NCBI GenBank assembly: GCA_027451365.1
Contig: DAIDJN010000041.1
Location: 89,679-153,678 of the forward strand
Length of the DNA: 64,000 nucleotides
Origin: Phycisphaerales bacterium
GTDB taxonomy: Bacteria > Planctomycetota > Phycisphaerae > WQYP01
Direction: 5' to 3'
The notes under the pieces are model-generated. The model had not been told where the DNA came from. It saw only the letters and a list, made by a program, of their open reading frames with translations, and made no database searches. The translations under genes were made by a program, and so were the position numbers. Below are positions 20,018 through 30,318 of the stretch, piece after piece. How positions within the stretch are numbered: position 1 is the first letter of the stretch; the number at the start of each line of letters is the position of its first letter.

Positions 20018-20046
20018 TTGACAGCAACTGATTCATGTTGTATACA
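20018..20046 (+). promoter_or_regulatory. Sigma-70-like promoter candidate (TTGACA-17 nt-TATACA)
   Basis: Near-consensus -35/-10 hexamers with 17-nt spacing, about 230 bp upstream of the 20276 gene. Confidence 0.35.
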
Positions 20047-20275
20047 ACTATTGGCTCAAAGCAGGATGGAGCTGTTCGATTGAGCAGATATTGCGCAAAA
20101 GTGGGGCCGTGATATTTGGCGACCATTTGGTCGAGATCGAATTTGTCATTTCACGGACGGATTTAGGTTAGTCGGCCGGATAAGCGGGAACATTGTCGCC
20201 CGAGCCTGTTTGCAGACCGCCATTTTCAAGCGGTCCGGGCTGGGGAACTAATTCTTGGGATGGAGTGGCAATCGT

Positions 20276-21227
20276 GAAAAAAAATCCATTTCTTCAGGTT
20301 GGGCTGTTGCTGGTTGCGGGCGGAATTGTCGGGCTTTCCGGACGGAGCGTCGCTCGGGCTAACTATTTCAATGGATTTGAGTCCTCTGGCAGCACCAGCA
20401 CGGATTTCTCCGGACCAGGTCCGGGGTTCGTGCCAGGCTCGAATAACTATACCCCCGGCGCCGACATTAGTCGCGTACAATCCGGAGGTGGATCGCTTGG
20501 CCTTACCGCCGCGTCGGGCAACTATTATGCGGAAATCACAAATGTCCCCGACACATACCAACCGGGCTATGGCCAGTCAATCGCTACCTCCTTCGGTGGA
20601 TACCAGCAGAACTACACTGGCAGCTTTACCGAGTCGGTGGATATTTATGTAAATGTTGCTGGCTGGGCTGCGAGCACTGGGGCGAGCCAAGGATTCCAGT
20701 TGGATGCATCCCCGAGCAATAATCTAACCGGAAGCGCCGCATACAACACCTATTCCTCCACCCCGAACGGCCCTAATCAGGGCGATGAGACACAATTTTA
20801 TGTAAACGCCACGGGTACAGGTGCTACCGCCCAAGTAAACGTTTCGGGTGAAATTAATGCGTCGAACGGCGGATCGATTGCGACCATCGGTCAATCCGGT
20901 TGGTACAATTTCGCGGTCGATTTTGCCAAGGGCTCGGGCGGCTACGTGCAGAATACCTTTTCTGTATCGACCCTTTCCGGTTCACAACTCGGGTCATATA
21001 CCGCGACATCTTTGTTGCCTAACAACTTGCTCGGTGGAAACAACTATGGGACTTGGTTTGAGGGCTGGATAAACGGCTTTGCTGGAAACACGATTGGCAT
21101 TGATAATGTGCAATTGACTTACGTGACGCCGCTTCCCGCCGCGTTTTGGCCTGCAGCTTTGACCCTTGCCGGGATGGGCATTGCGGCCGGACTCCGGCGG
21201 CGAGCACCGAACAAATGCTCGCAATAG
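20276..21227 (+). CDS. Secreted Gly/Ser/Thr/Asn-rich protein with PEP-CTERM-like tail (variant PLPAA)
   Basis: GTG start. Signal peptide 'VKKNPFLQVGLLLVAGGIVGLSGRSVARA'. C-terminus 'TPLPAAFWPAALTLAGMGIAAGLRRRAP'. Confidence 0.55.
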
Positions 21228-21374
21228 ATATGCTCAATATTTGGCGTCGCATGGAATCTCATGGTAAATCCGGTTTGGCCTGAATCTACCTTAGCCGAAT
21301 TGGAACTGAACAAGGCCCGTTCGTATTAAACCTTCAAGTCCGGCCCGCGCACAGACTGAAGTAGTCTCGCACCG

Positions 21375-21794
21375 TCACAACTTTTTCCGCCGACGGGATG
21401 CTGGCTTGGCGAACGTGTGCATCCATGCCGTTGCGTCCGCTTTGTTCAATTGGCCGTCCGCGACGCCAAGACCAATGGCGATGACATCGTCATCAGTGGC
21501 GATGATGTCGAACCCGTTGTTGTCCAGGAATATCATTGCCGCCAGTACTGCACAACGCTTGTTTCCATCATGAAAGGCGCGCGCCTGGCAGATATGAAAC
21601 AGATAAGCCGCAGCCATGGCCGGAATATCCGAATGCAGATACTGGCTACCGAAGGATGCCTGTGGCATCATAACGGCAGATTCAAGCAGGCCAGGATCGC
21701 GGATGCCCGCCAGTCCGCCGTGGCCGCCCAAGGCATCGTCATGGATCGCCACAACTTCATCGACCGAAAGAAATAAAGGTTCAGTCGCGCTCAT
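21375..21794 (-). CDS. doc: Doc (death-on-curing) / Fic-fold toxin
   Basis: Fic/Doc core motif 'FHDGNKRCAVLAAMIFL' (HxFx(D/N)GNKR). Overlaps the upstream antitoxin gene by 4 nt. Confidence 0.8.
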   Translation of the reverse strand: MSATEPLFLSVDEVVAIHDDALGGHGGLAGIRDPGLLESAVMMPQASFGSQYLHSDIPAMAAAYLFHICQARAFHDGNKRCAVLAAMIFLDNNGFDIIATDDDVIAIGLGVADGQLNKADATAWMHTFAKPASRRRKKL

Positions 21795-22024
21795 TTGGCC
21801 AGTTCCGCCAGGGCGCGACTATAGCGCGTACGAAACTTGGCCAGCGATTTGAGCAGCCGTTCCTTTCCGATTCCCGTCTTCGCCGGCGTGATAATCAGTC
21901 GCGATCCGTCCACCGTTATCTGCACCTGGTCGCCAACCTTCCAGCCGGTAAGGCTCAGGAGTGTGTTGTCCAGCGGAATGCAACTGCCGTTGCCGACTTT
22001 GCGGATTTTTTTGACCAGACTCAT
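21791..22024 (-). CDS. AbrB/MazE/Phd-type antitoxin (SpoVT/AbrB swapped-hairpin domain)
   Basis: 77 aa, 'KKIRKVGNGSCIPLDNTLLSLTGWKVGDQVQITVDGSRLIITP'. Immediately upstream of Doc and overlapping it. Confidence 0.65.
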   Translation of the reverse strand: MSLVKKIRKVGNGSCIPLDNTLLSLTGWKVGDQVQITVDGSRLIITPAKTGIGKERLLKSLAKFRTRYSRALAELAK

Positions 22025-22249
22025 GACTCAACTCCTTGCATAAGGCGAACATTCACCCAATGTGAGTACATTGTAATTACGGCTTTGGTTTAAATCAAGC
22101 AGCAATTTCTGTGCCCCGGCATTGCAATAATCCATCGTTGCCTGTTTAATTCTGCGGGCAGAAATAACGCGAAAAGCTGCCGATTTCTGGCGCACACGGA
22201 TACATACGATTTCAGACACTTTGGCGGCTTTGGGCGCCCAGCAACGCTT

Positions 22250-23026
22250 CTATTGCCCGCGGCGCAGCAGCCGATTCAGCAAAGGCTGCATATGGGTTGC
22301 CCAAATGGTGTAACCGGCTTCGGTCAGATGCAATTGATCCGGTCCCAGCCCCTTCCAACTGTTTCCAACACGCGGCATAAGCGCGAACAGATTGAAATAA
22401 AATATGCTCCGACCATTGGCAAAATGGCGGATGATACGATTCGTGGCGATGATGGTGGCGGTGTTGCGTGATGTCGGAGTCAGGCTTACCAGGATGATTT
22501 TTACACCATGAAAAACCTGCCTGGTTTTAATAATCACGGCCCGCACACCGGCGGCAATTTGCCGTGGCGCGTATTGTGTATCGTTGGTGCCGATCAAAAT
22601 AACCGCCACCTTCGGATGCAGATGATGGATATGAAAATGAATCAGCCGCCACAGAACATGCTCCGTGCCGTCGGCTCCTACGCCAAAGTCGATTGCATGG
22701 CGCGGCGCGTAATATTTGTCCCACACCTTGTATCCGACCGAATACCAGCCGCCACTCGGTCTGGACTCAAAATTCTGTGTGATGGAATCCCCGATAAAAA
22801 TAATATTACACTTACCATGCGCCCGCGCTACCCGCCTTGCACAAAGTGCGTACCATGATGCGAATTGCCGCGAATGCGCCGCACTTGGAATCGTCGTCGG
22901 ATCCGGTGGTCCGTCGGAAGTCGCCCCGGAAACAGTCGGGAAAATAGGGGCCAATGCCCCGGCCGATGCCACAACAAAAAGAAATAGCCACACAATAGGT
23001 CCACGATTGATCATCGCATTCTCCAT
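22250..23026 (-). CDS. Secreted SGNH/GDSL-family hydrolase (esterase)
   Basis: Signal peptide. 'IIFIGDSITQN' block I with the catalytic Ser. 'ILIGTNDT' block III. Confidence 0.65.
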   Translation of the reverse strand: MENAMINRGPIVWLFLFVVASAGALAPIFPTVSGATSDGPPDPTTIPSAAHSRQFASWYALCARRVARAHGKCNIIFIGDSITQNFESRPSGGWYSVGYKVWDKYYAPRHAIDFGVGADGTEHVLWRLIHFHIHHLHPKVAVILIGTNDTQYAPRQIAAGVRAVIIKTRQVFHGVKIILVSLTPTSRNTATIIATNRIIRHFANGRSIFYFNLFALMPRVGNSWKGLGPDQLHLTEAGYTIWATHMQPLLNRLLRRGQ

Positions 23027-23062
23027 AAAAGGTGTCGGGGCGTGTTTCGATATTAATCCGGA

Positions 23063-24046
23063 TTACCGCCGGCCGCTGAAAACTGGCCGCGTCTTGGGCA
23101 CGGGCAGCAAATGCAGGTGGCAATACATGGTATCCGCCATCAATCGTCCCAGGTCCATCTGCCCAAAAGTGCCAAAATGCAGGTGATCCGTGGGCAATGG
23201 CGTGAGCGGATCTTCCGCGCGCTGCTCCAGATCATTGGTATGTACCAGATAGGCACCGCGCACCGCCAGCGGACTGCCGGAATTCCATGCCACCTCACGC
23301 TGCCCAAGACGTACCAGATCCCGCCACCGTTCATTGTTCTTGAACATGCCGGAATCCGGTGGCGGCATGACCAGCCCATAAACAAAGGGAATATTCGGGC
23401 AGTTAAACTGTTGCCGCACGCGGTGAATAAAATGCCGCAAATTACCGGCGTATTCCTCCGCGATTTTCAGGCCTTCAAACGCATCATTTTCACCCTGTTG
23501 CCAGATAATTCCGCGAATTCGCGGCTGGTAACCCAGCTTGCGCAGCGCGGCCATGCCGCCATCCACCGTTTTGACAAACTCCCGAAACTGTTGTCCCCAA
23601 TGCGATGTATCCTGGGCATTGGCACCCGGGTTCCACTGCCGCGCAAGGTCAGTTCCCGACCAGGCATCTTTAATCAGTGCAATATGATGAGTCGGGTAAA
23701 ACATCTGCATCCGGTTGCCGAAGGTAAGCTCCGGTCCAAACCGATCTGGACTTTCTGAAGCCTGCTGCAAAGGAACCCATGTGTCCGGCGAGCAGTTGTC
23801 ATGAATATCGCCCGCCGAATGGTACAGCAGGACGCGGGTGTCAATATGGAAGTTTTTCGGCAGATTTTGCATATATCCCTGGCCGGTCATGTTGGATTGC
23901 CCCGCCACCAGATACAGATCGATCGGCGTGCCCCGAGCAACTGGGGCGATGGTTGCCGCCACTGCCGTGCCGGTGCTCACTAGAAATCCCATCAGCAGCG
24001 CCGCGGCGGCACCGAAATTAAAGCATCGCAAAAATACAGGCATCAC
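23063..24046 (-). CDS. Sialate O-acetylesterase-like (SASA/DUF303) carbohydrate esterase
   Basis: Signal peptide. 'DLYLVAGQSNMTGQG' SASA signature. Confidence 0.7.
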   Translation of the reverse strand: MMPVFLRCFNFGAAAALLMGFLVSTGTAVAATIAPVARGTPIDLYLVAGQSNMTGQGYMQNLPKNFHIDTRVLLYHSAGDIHDNCSPDTWVPLQQASESPDRFGPELTFGNRMQMFYPTHHIALIKDAWSGTDLARQWNPGANAQDTSHWGQQFREFVKTVDGGMAALRKLGYQPRIRGIIWQQGENDAFEGLKIAEEYAGNLRHFIHRVRQQFNCPNIPFVYGLVMPPPDSGMFKNNERWRDLVRLGQREVAWNSGSPLAVRGAYLVHTNDLEQRAEDPLTPLPTDHLHFGTFGQMDLGRLMADTMYCHLHLLPVPKTRPVFSGRR

Positions 24047-24095
24047 GCAATTCTCCTTTTAACGGAACCGTTTTTAGCCAGTGAAAGATTGACGC

Positions 24096-26993
24096 TCATT
24101 GTGCTCGCAGCCGCAGCATCGACCCTTTACGAGTTGTCCATTGGAGGACCTTTCCGGAAATCTGCCGCGTCGGACCGTTGTTTAATCGCACCAGTACGCT
24201 TTTTCCCGGCCACGGATTGGCCACGCGACAAATGCCGCCGCGCTGACTGACAATGTTTACAAAGTCAATTTGGCCCGCCTTTAACCGGCTGGAAACGAGA
24301 AAATCTCCGCAGGCCAGCAAATTCCGGAATGCCGCATCCTGATTCCGCGGCCAATCCGGAAAAATATGAATATCATGTTGATAACTCTGTAGAAACATCG
24401 CGCAAATGGTAGTCGGCACAATGGCAAAATTCTCTGTTCCACCTCCGCCCATCTGAAATACGAAATTGGGATATGAACAATGGTCGATCAGCGTGTGCAG
24501 GTGATGCAGAATTTTATCCGGGTTGTAGCCCACGCAGGCCGCCGCCGGATAATAGCTCGAATCGTTGTTGTAGTCATACCATATCTGAAAAATCTGAACT
24601 GTATTAAGCCCGGCTTTCAAAAGCCGGGGGGAACTTTCCAGGCCAATGGCCCAGCCCGGAAAAATGGCCTGCGACGGATTCATGCCGGCACTGGATCCAT
24701 GAATGCCATGCCAGCCGGGATGTCCCCAATGGCTGCGAATAACCGGCCCACTCCAGGCGGTGCCCTTCTGTGTGTAACGAATCACCAGCTTGTTGTGCAT
24801 GCCCGCCGGGCCGAAAACCTTCGCCGCCGGAAATATCGGAAGCGGTGCCAGATGCCGCAATATTCGCCGCCAGGTGGTGGCCGCCGGGTCGCGCAATTGA
24901 AGTGTCCGATTCATATCCAGCAGGCCCGCATACAGCATCCGCAGAAACGCGATGCTTGTCGCGGGGTTTTCGTCATGGGCGCGGCTTAATTCATCCGCCG
25001 CGTCGTTTTCATCGACATAGACGCCATTCTTAAGCACCAGATAATGATCCCAGAATGCCGCAGTGCCGCGTAAGAATGGATAGATCATCCGTGCGTATTG
25101 GGGGCTGCGCGTGTAACGCCATCGCATCAGGCAATCCACAGCGCCGAACAGCGCATCAGATTTCTGCTGCAATGCCCTGGCGCCGTCGGCCGACCACCCC
25201 GGTGGCGGACTTAGGTGGCAATGGTAATAAAGCCCTTTAAAGCCGCGCAGCTTCGCCAGTCCGCGGCCGCGCGCCATCCAGGCCAGAAGCGGCAGGTCAT
25301 AATTGTCGGCCAGTCCAATGTGATTGGTGGGATAGGCCGCCCAGCAGGGGGCTTCATAATTGTAGTCCAAAGTATAATCGCCGTTCCAGGCCATCCACGG
25401 ACTGGTAATAAAATTGCCCCATAACCCCGGCGCAATGTGTCCCGGCGCACTGCAGCACGCAAATAGATATAAAGATCCATAATAAAACGCCTCAATCCGT
25501 TTGTCCGGAATTTCAACGGTGGATTTATTCCAGAAATGCTTCCACCACATGAGTTCTTTGTGCCTTAGAACAGAAAGCGATTCAAGCCGCATTTGGCCCA
25601 GCAGGCGCAGCGTGGCGGCGCGGTAGTGAAGTGTATCGTGATCATCCAGGGCCGAAATCAGCACTGTGGCGGATTCCCCGGCACCCAGGGAAATGGTTCC
25701 CACCCCTTTGTTCACACGGGCAATCTGTCCGATAATCCGTACCGCCAGCAACCCCTTTGGGCCGCACCCGTCGAATGCCAGTTGTGAATCTCCGGGGTGA
25801 ATGGCGTTCCAGTCCCACACAGGCCCGGCCACCTGCGCCGTTGTGGGAAACGCGCGGCTTGTCGCCACCAACTTTCCCCCCACGTATAAGCCAAGAGATC
25901 GGCCGTTGTAACGCACCGCAAGTTGCGACCAGGCGTTCAGCGGCAATGGTTGCGGGTCGATAATACGCACACGATTGAGCATGGCCGTGACCTTGCCATT
26001 TGCCAGTGACAGAGAAAAGCCGTACGGAATTCGCGGCTGGCCCCCGCCGGGCCAGTGGGTCCATCGCTTGGTGGTCATGGCGCTGAAAATAGCTTGGGTG
26101 CCTGCCGCGGATTTTGGATTGACCGAGGTCTGAATGTCAAAGGCCCTTTGCGGCAGCCGCAAAAAGCCGCAGTCAAATGAAGTTGGGCCAGCTGCGGCAG
26201 ATTTCGAATCGCTCCGCTGGATCAGGAACGAAAACCGTGGCTTGGCCGCGTGCCGCGGCGCGGCGGAGGCGTAAATCCGCATATTCTTTATGGGACCCGA
26301 AAAATGTTTGGAATTTTCGCGTCCCGTCGGCTGCCCAATGCGCGCCTGCACCGTATCCGGTGATACCTTCAGCCACGAAATGCCGCCAGTATTGCCTCCC
26401 ATGCCTTTTGAACCCGGCGTGCCCCAGCCGTCCAGAAGTGCTGAACTTATCGTCAGAGTTCCTTGCCCGGCGTTCCGCAGCTTCACCACCAGCAGATTTT
26501 GCGGTTTGGCTACCCACGCTGTAAACCGCAGCGCGTGGCCATCATGCGACGTAAAATGTCCCGTGACTTCAGCGCGGCCAATACGTTCAACTGTTTTATA
26601 ACTCCCATCATGTAAAGCGGGAATGGAAAGCACGACTCGGCCGAAAGGCATTATGCGGCCGCGAAACAGACTCCAGAAATCTTCTCGCCCAAGAAACAGT
26701 GAAATATGATCAGTATTGCGCCCCTGAATCGCGACGCCCAGGCTGCCATTGCCCAGCAGCGCGCCGTCGGGAAAATTGTTCGCCGGCGCATGCGTGGGAA
26801 CTTGCGTGCGCACGCCGGAAATGTGCTGAACAATATTCCATGTTGACGGAGGTGGATTTCCCGTTATCGCCGCTGCAACAAATGCCGGGCCTCCTGCCAG
26901 CAGATTCACCGCCAGACTGACGGAAGGCAGCGCTATAACGCAAAAAGAACGGACCATCAGACTTTTGGCGGTCAGATTATTTCCATACAGCAT
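24096..26993 (-). CDS. Large secreted glycoside-hydrolase-like protein (GH95-like (alpha/alpha)6 core) with inserted concanavalin/LamG-like domain
   Basis: Signal peptide. 'WMAWNGDYTLDYNYEAPCWAAYPTNH' resembles the GH95 'W.G.YT.N.N.EMNYW' block. LamG-like segment 'LAVRYNGRSLGLYVGGKLVATS'. Family assignment is tentative. Confidence 0.45.
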   Translation of the reverse strand: MLYGNNLTAKSLMVRSFCVIALPSVSLAVNLLAGGPAFVAAAITGNPPPSTWNIVQHISGVRTQVPTHAPANNFPDGALLGNGSLGVAIQGRNTDHISLFLGREDFWSLFRGRIMPFGRVVLSIPALHDGSYKTVERIGRAEVTGHFTSHDGHALRFTAWVAKPQNLLVVKLRNAGQGTLTISSALLDGWGTPGSKGMGGNTGGISWLKVSPDTVQARIGQPTGRENSKHFSGPIKNMRIYASAAPRHAAKPRFSFLIQRSDSKSAAAGPTSFDCGFLRLPQRAFDIQTSVNPKSAAGTQAIFSAMTTKRWTHWPGGGQPRIPYGFSLSLANGKVTAMLNRVRIIDPQPLPLNAWSQLAVRYNGRSLGLYVGGKLVATSRAFPTTAQVAGPVWDWNAIHPGDSQLAFDGCGPKGLLAVRIIGQIARVNKGVGTISLGAGESATVLISALDDHDTLHYRAATLRLLGQMRLESLSVLRHKELMWWKHFWNKSTVEIPDKRIEAFYYGSLYLFACCSAPGHIAPGLWGNFITSPWMAWNGDYTLDYNYEAPCWAAYPTNHIGLADNYDLPLLAWMARGRGLAKLRGFKGLYYHCHLSPPPGWSADGARALQQKSDALFGAVDCLMRWRYTRSPQYARMIYPFLRGTAAFWDHYLVLKNGVYVDENDAADELSRAHDENPATSIAFLRMLYAGLLDMNRTLQLRDPAATTWRRILRHLAPLPIFPAAKVFGPAGMHNKLVIRYTQKGTAWSGPVIRSHWGHPGWHGIHGSSAGMNPSQAIFPGWAIGLESSPRLLKAGLNTVQIFQIWYDYNNDSSYYPAAACVGYNPDKILHHLHTLIDHCSYPNFVFQMGGGGTENFAIVPTTICAMFLQSYQHDIHIFPDWPRNQDAAFRNLLACGDFLVSSRLKAGQIDFVNIVSQRGGICRVANPWPGKSVLVRLNNGPTRQISGKVLQWTTRKGSMLRLRAQ

Positions 26994-27681
26994 TATTCAT
27001 TTTCTCCTTTGGCACCTGCCGCAAATCTGGGTGGACGCCGCTGTCGGTTGTTTCCCTGACCGTTTCCGGTTGGGCAGGCTTGGCGGAATAACCCTTTGGC
27101 GTAACAATCCGATTGATATAACCGGACCACGCCGGATATTGCAATGTATGGAAAGTCGTCCGATTGTTTTCACCTTATCTGTCCCGTCACAAAAGTAGCG
27201 AGAAAGCGTAAATAATGTGGCTGGCAATATAACCAAAGACAGGAATATAGGACGTCATTAATTCGCTCTTTTAACACGATCGCGATCTGATGTCGGGATT
27301 AGGTACCAAATAGACGCAAATTGCTACCGCGAACCGACTTGCAAATGAACGATTCGCCAACCCGTCCGCCAAATTTTTCCACAAGGCTTCCGGTTAAGTT
27401 TGGGTTCGGGGGCCTGGCCAGGCAAATAGTCCGGGTCGGCGGGCGAGTTGGTCCCCGCTCCCCAAATCACCGGCCACGCACCGATCGGCCCAATCCGCCG
27501 TGCATTGCACTATTTCCACGCGGAGCAGCCTCATTGGCGGACACCCGGCAACTGGACCTGCGATTTTGCGTTTACAATAGGTGACCATGGCGACAATGTG
27601 ACCTTCCCGACTGGCTTTTCCCATCACATTGGCCAATAATTCAGCTTGTCGAGCCGCCAATGAAATTGTTAAGGAGCTGCC

Positions 27682-28713
27682 ATGTTGTGTAAATCGCCTG
27701 TACTGTTTCTGCCACGTTGGATTCTGCTTCTTCTTTTTCTGGCTACCTCCCAGGCTGGTTCTTTGCTCTGGCCGGCTCATGCCAGTGCCAAAATGAAAAT
27801 AGCGCTTGTTTGTTCCGGTTCCATTACCGATGGCGGCTGGAACCAGGAGGGCCGCGATGCGATTCTGCGGGTCGGCAAAAAGCTCCATGCCCATGTTTCC
27901 GTGGTGGAACATGTTTCACCTGTGCGGGCTGTTAATGTGATGCGCGATTATGCCATGCGCGGTTATCAGTTGGTCATCGGCCACGGTTATGAATTTCTCG
28001 TGCCCGCCACCCAGGTGGCCGCACAAGGTGTCAAAACCCATTTTGCCATAAGCGGTGCGGACCTGGCGAAGCCGCACATCGCCACTCTGAATTTCGACCT
28101 TTCCGAACCCTCTTACCAACTCGGCGTGCTGGCCGCTATGCTGTCCAAATCAGGAAAAATCGGCTTTATAGGCGGCGAAAAAATTCCCTCCGTGGTAGCC
28201 TGTTACAAGGGCTTTCGTGCCGGTGCCCGCAGTATCCGGCCGCATATTAAAGTTGCCCAGGCCTATACAAGTTGGGACCAGCCCGCACTTTCCAAAAGTC
28301 AGGCGGAGGCATTTATCCAGCAGGGAATCGATGTGATTTATCAGAATGTGGATGCCGCCAGTCGCGGCGTATTTGAAGCCGTTGCCCAGGCCGACCGGCA
28401 CGTGAAAGCCGGTGGCCCTGCGGTTTACGTGTTTGGTGCCAATCGGAATCAGAACAACAATTCCACCTGTGGCATGTACACGCCGGCCAGTGCCGTGATC
28501 CGCCTGGACCGGGCGTTTATGCGGGTGGCACTGGCGGTTAAAAAAGGACATTTCAAGGCCGGCGTTAAACTGGAAAACCTGGACAACGGTGTTTGTGTCG
28601 TGGTTCTGAATTCTAAATTGTTCGGCCGGGTCATAACTCCGAAAATGCGGGCCGCCGTGGCCCGCGCAGGTCGGCGGCTGATCGCCGGAAAGATCGTCGT
28701 GTCACCTCGTTGA
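27682..28713 (+). CDS. BMP-family (BmpA/PnrA/Med-like) ABC substrate-binding protein, probably nucleoside-binding
   Basis: Signal peptide. 'KIALVCSGSITDGGWNQEG' and 'YQLVIGHGYEF' are typical of basic membrane protein / purine nucleoside receptors. Confidence 0.8.
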   Translation: MLCKSPVLFLPRWILLLLFLATSQAGSLLWPAHASAKMKIALVCSGSITDGGWNQEGRDAILRVGKKLHAHVSVVEHVSPVRAVNVMRDYAMRGYQLVIGHGYEFLVPATQVAAQGVKTHFAISGADLAKPHIATLNFDLSEPSYQLGVLAAMLSKSGKIGFIGGEKIPSVVACYKGFRAGARSIRPHIKVAQAYTSWDQPALSKSQAEAFIQQGIDVIYQNVDAASRGVFEAVAQADRHVKAGGPAVYVFGANRNQNNNSTCGMYTPASAVIRLDRAFMRVALAVKKGHFKAGVKLENLDNGVCVVVLNSKLFGRVITPKMRAAVARAGRRLIAGKIVVSPR

Positions 28714-28806
28714 ACAATCGGATGCCGTACGCGCGGCCAAGGATGCGGTCCGCATGTATCTGGGCGGCCTGGTTGGCCGCAGTTCCTTTCAGGGATATTG
28801 TCCGGC

Positions 28807-30318
28807 ATGATTGACATTCAAAATATCAGCAAACACTTTGGTGCGTTCCAGGCATTGAAAAATGTCTCCATGCGCGTCGGTCCGGGCGAAATTCATGCTG
28901 TCCTGGGGGAAAATGGGGCGGGCAAAACCACCCTGATGAATATCTTATTCGGACTCCAGCAGCCCGATTCCGGCACGATCCGCATTCATGAACGCGCTGT
29001 GCGCATTGCCTCGCCAAGAATCGCGCGGCAGTTGGGCATCGGCATGGTGCATCAGCATTTTAAGCTTACGCCGACGTTGACCGTTCTGGAAAATATTGTT
29101 CTGGCGATCGGTTCCGGATATCTTGCCGGCCAGCGTACCGGACTGATTCATCAGGTAGACCAGTGGCTGCGCACACTTCACTGGGAAATTCCACTTTCCG
29201 CGACCATTTCGGATCTAAGCGTGGGCCAGCGCCAGCGGGTGGAAATCATTAAGGCGTTGTGCGCGGGGGGCAAGGTCCTGATTCTGGATGAACCAACCGC
29301 GTCGCTGGCTCCCGCTGAAGTAGAGGACCTTTTTTCCGCGGTCCGTGCCTTGGCTGGCAGAGGAATGACCGTTGTGTTTATAAGTCACAAATTGGCCCAA
29401 GTCGCCGCGCTATGCAGCCGCGTGACCATCCTGCGCCTCGGTGAAGTGGTCTATTCGGATTCGCTTGTCGGCACAACGCTGCCGATGCTGGCGGATAAAA
29501 TGATGGGCGGCGGAATCGTGGCGCGGCAGCCCGAGGTTGGCAAATCATCGCCCGGTCCGGTGCGACTGGAAATTTCCAACTTGAACATTGTGCGCAACGG
29601 CGTCGCGGTTCTTTCCAATGTTTCACTTCGGGTGCACGCTGGGGAAATCCTGGGAATTGCCGGCCTGGAAGGGAATGGCCAGTCCGCACTGGTCGAATGT
29701 ATTTCCAGCGCGCGGTCCGTGAAATCCGCGGCCGGTGGTTTGCGTCTTTCCGTCGATCCGATCGCCGGAAAAAAATGGAATCAGCGGACTTGGCGCCGCC
29801 CCGCGACACAATTTGCCTGCATTCCTGAAGACCGTCGCACCGAAGGGCTCGTCATGTCGCTTTCAGTGGAGGCGAATATCATGCTTAAAGCCCATCGGCA
29901 TTCGCCGTTTGTGCGCTGGGGTCTGCTGCGTTTTGCCCGCTGGCGGAAATGGACGCTCGACCGCGTACACGAGTTTGACATCCGCTGCCCGGATATTCAA
30001 ACCCCCGTGGGCGCGCTGTCGGGCGGCAATCAGCAAAAAGTTGTTCTGGCGCGGGAACTTACCGGATCTCCGGAATTTATTCTCGCGGTTAATCCAACCC
30101 GTGGTCTGGATATTGGCGCGACGGCATTTGTGATGAATCAGTTGCTGCGGGCGCGGGCCGGAGGATCGGCCATCTTGCTGGTGCACGCCGACCTGGATGA
30201 ACTTCTTGCCGTCAGCGACCGCGTGTCCGTTATTTATGCCGGCGGCCTTACGCCCACCGCCTGGCCCGCGACTTCGCGCGAACAAATCGGCCGTCTTATG
30301 CTGGGGGTGCGCTCATGA
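28807..30318 (+). CDS. ABC transporter ATP-binding protein with two fused NBDs (sugar/nucleoside type)
   Basis: Walker A 'GENGAGKTTL' and a second 'GLEGNGQSAL'. ABC signature 'LSVGQRQRVEI' and 'LSGGNQQKV'. Confidence 0.85.
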   Translation: MIDIQNISKHFGAFQALKNVSMRVGPGEIHAVLGENGAGKTTLMNILFGLQQPDSGTIRIHERAVRIASPRIARQLGIGMVHQHFKLTPTLTVLENIVLAIGSGYLAGQRTGLIHQVDQWLRTLHWEIPLSATISDLSVGQRQRVEIIKALCAGGKVLILDEPTASLAPAEVEDLFSAVRALAGRGMTVVFISHKLAQVAALCSRVTILRLGEVVYSDSLVGTTLPMLADKMMGGGIVARQPEVGKSSPGPVRLEISNLNIVRNGVAVLSNVSLRVHAGEILGIAGLEGNGQSALVECISSARSVKSAAGGLRLSVDPIAGKKWNQRTWRRPATQFACIPEDRRTEGLVMSLSVEANIMLKAHRHSPFVRWGLLRFARWRKWTLDRVHEFDIRCPDIQTPVGALSGGNQQKVVLARELTGSPEFILAVNPTRGLDIGATAFVMNQLLRARAGGSAILLVHADLDELLAVSDRVSVIYAGGLTPTAWPATSREQIGRLMLGVRS

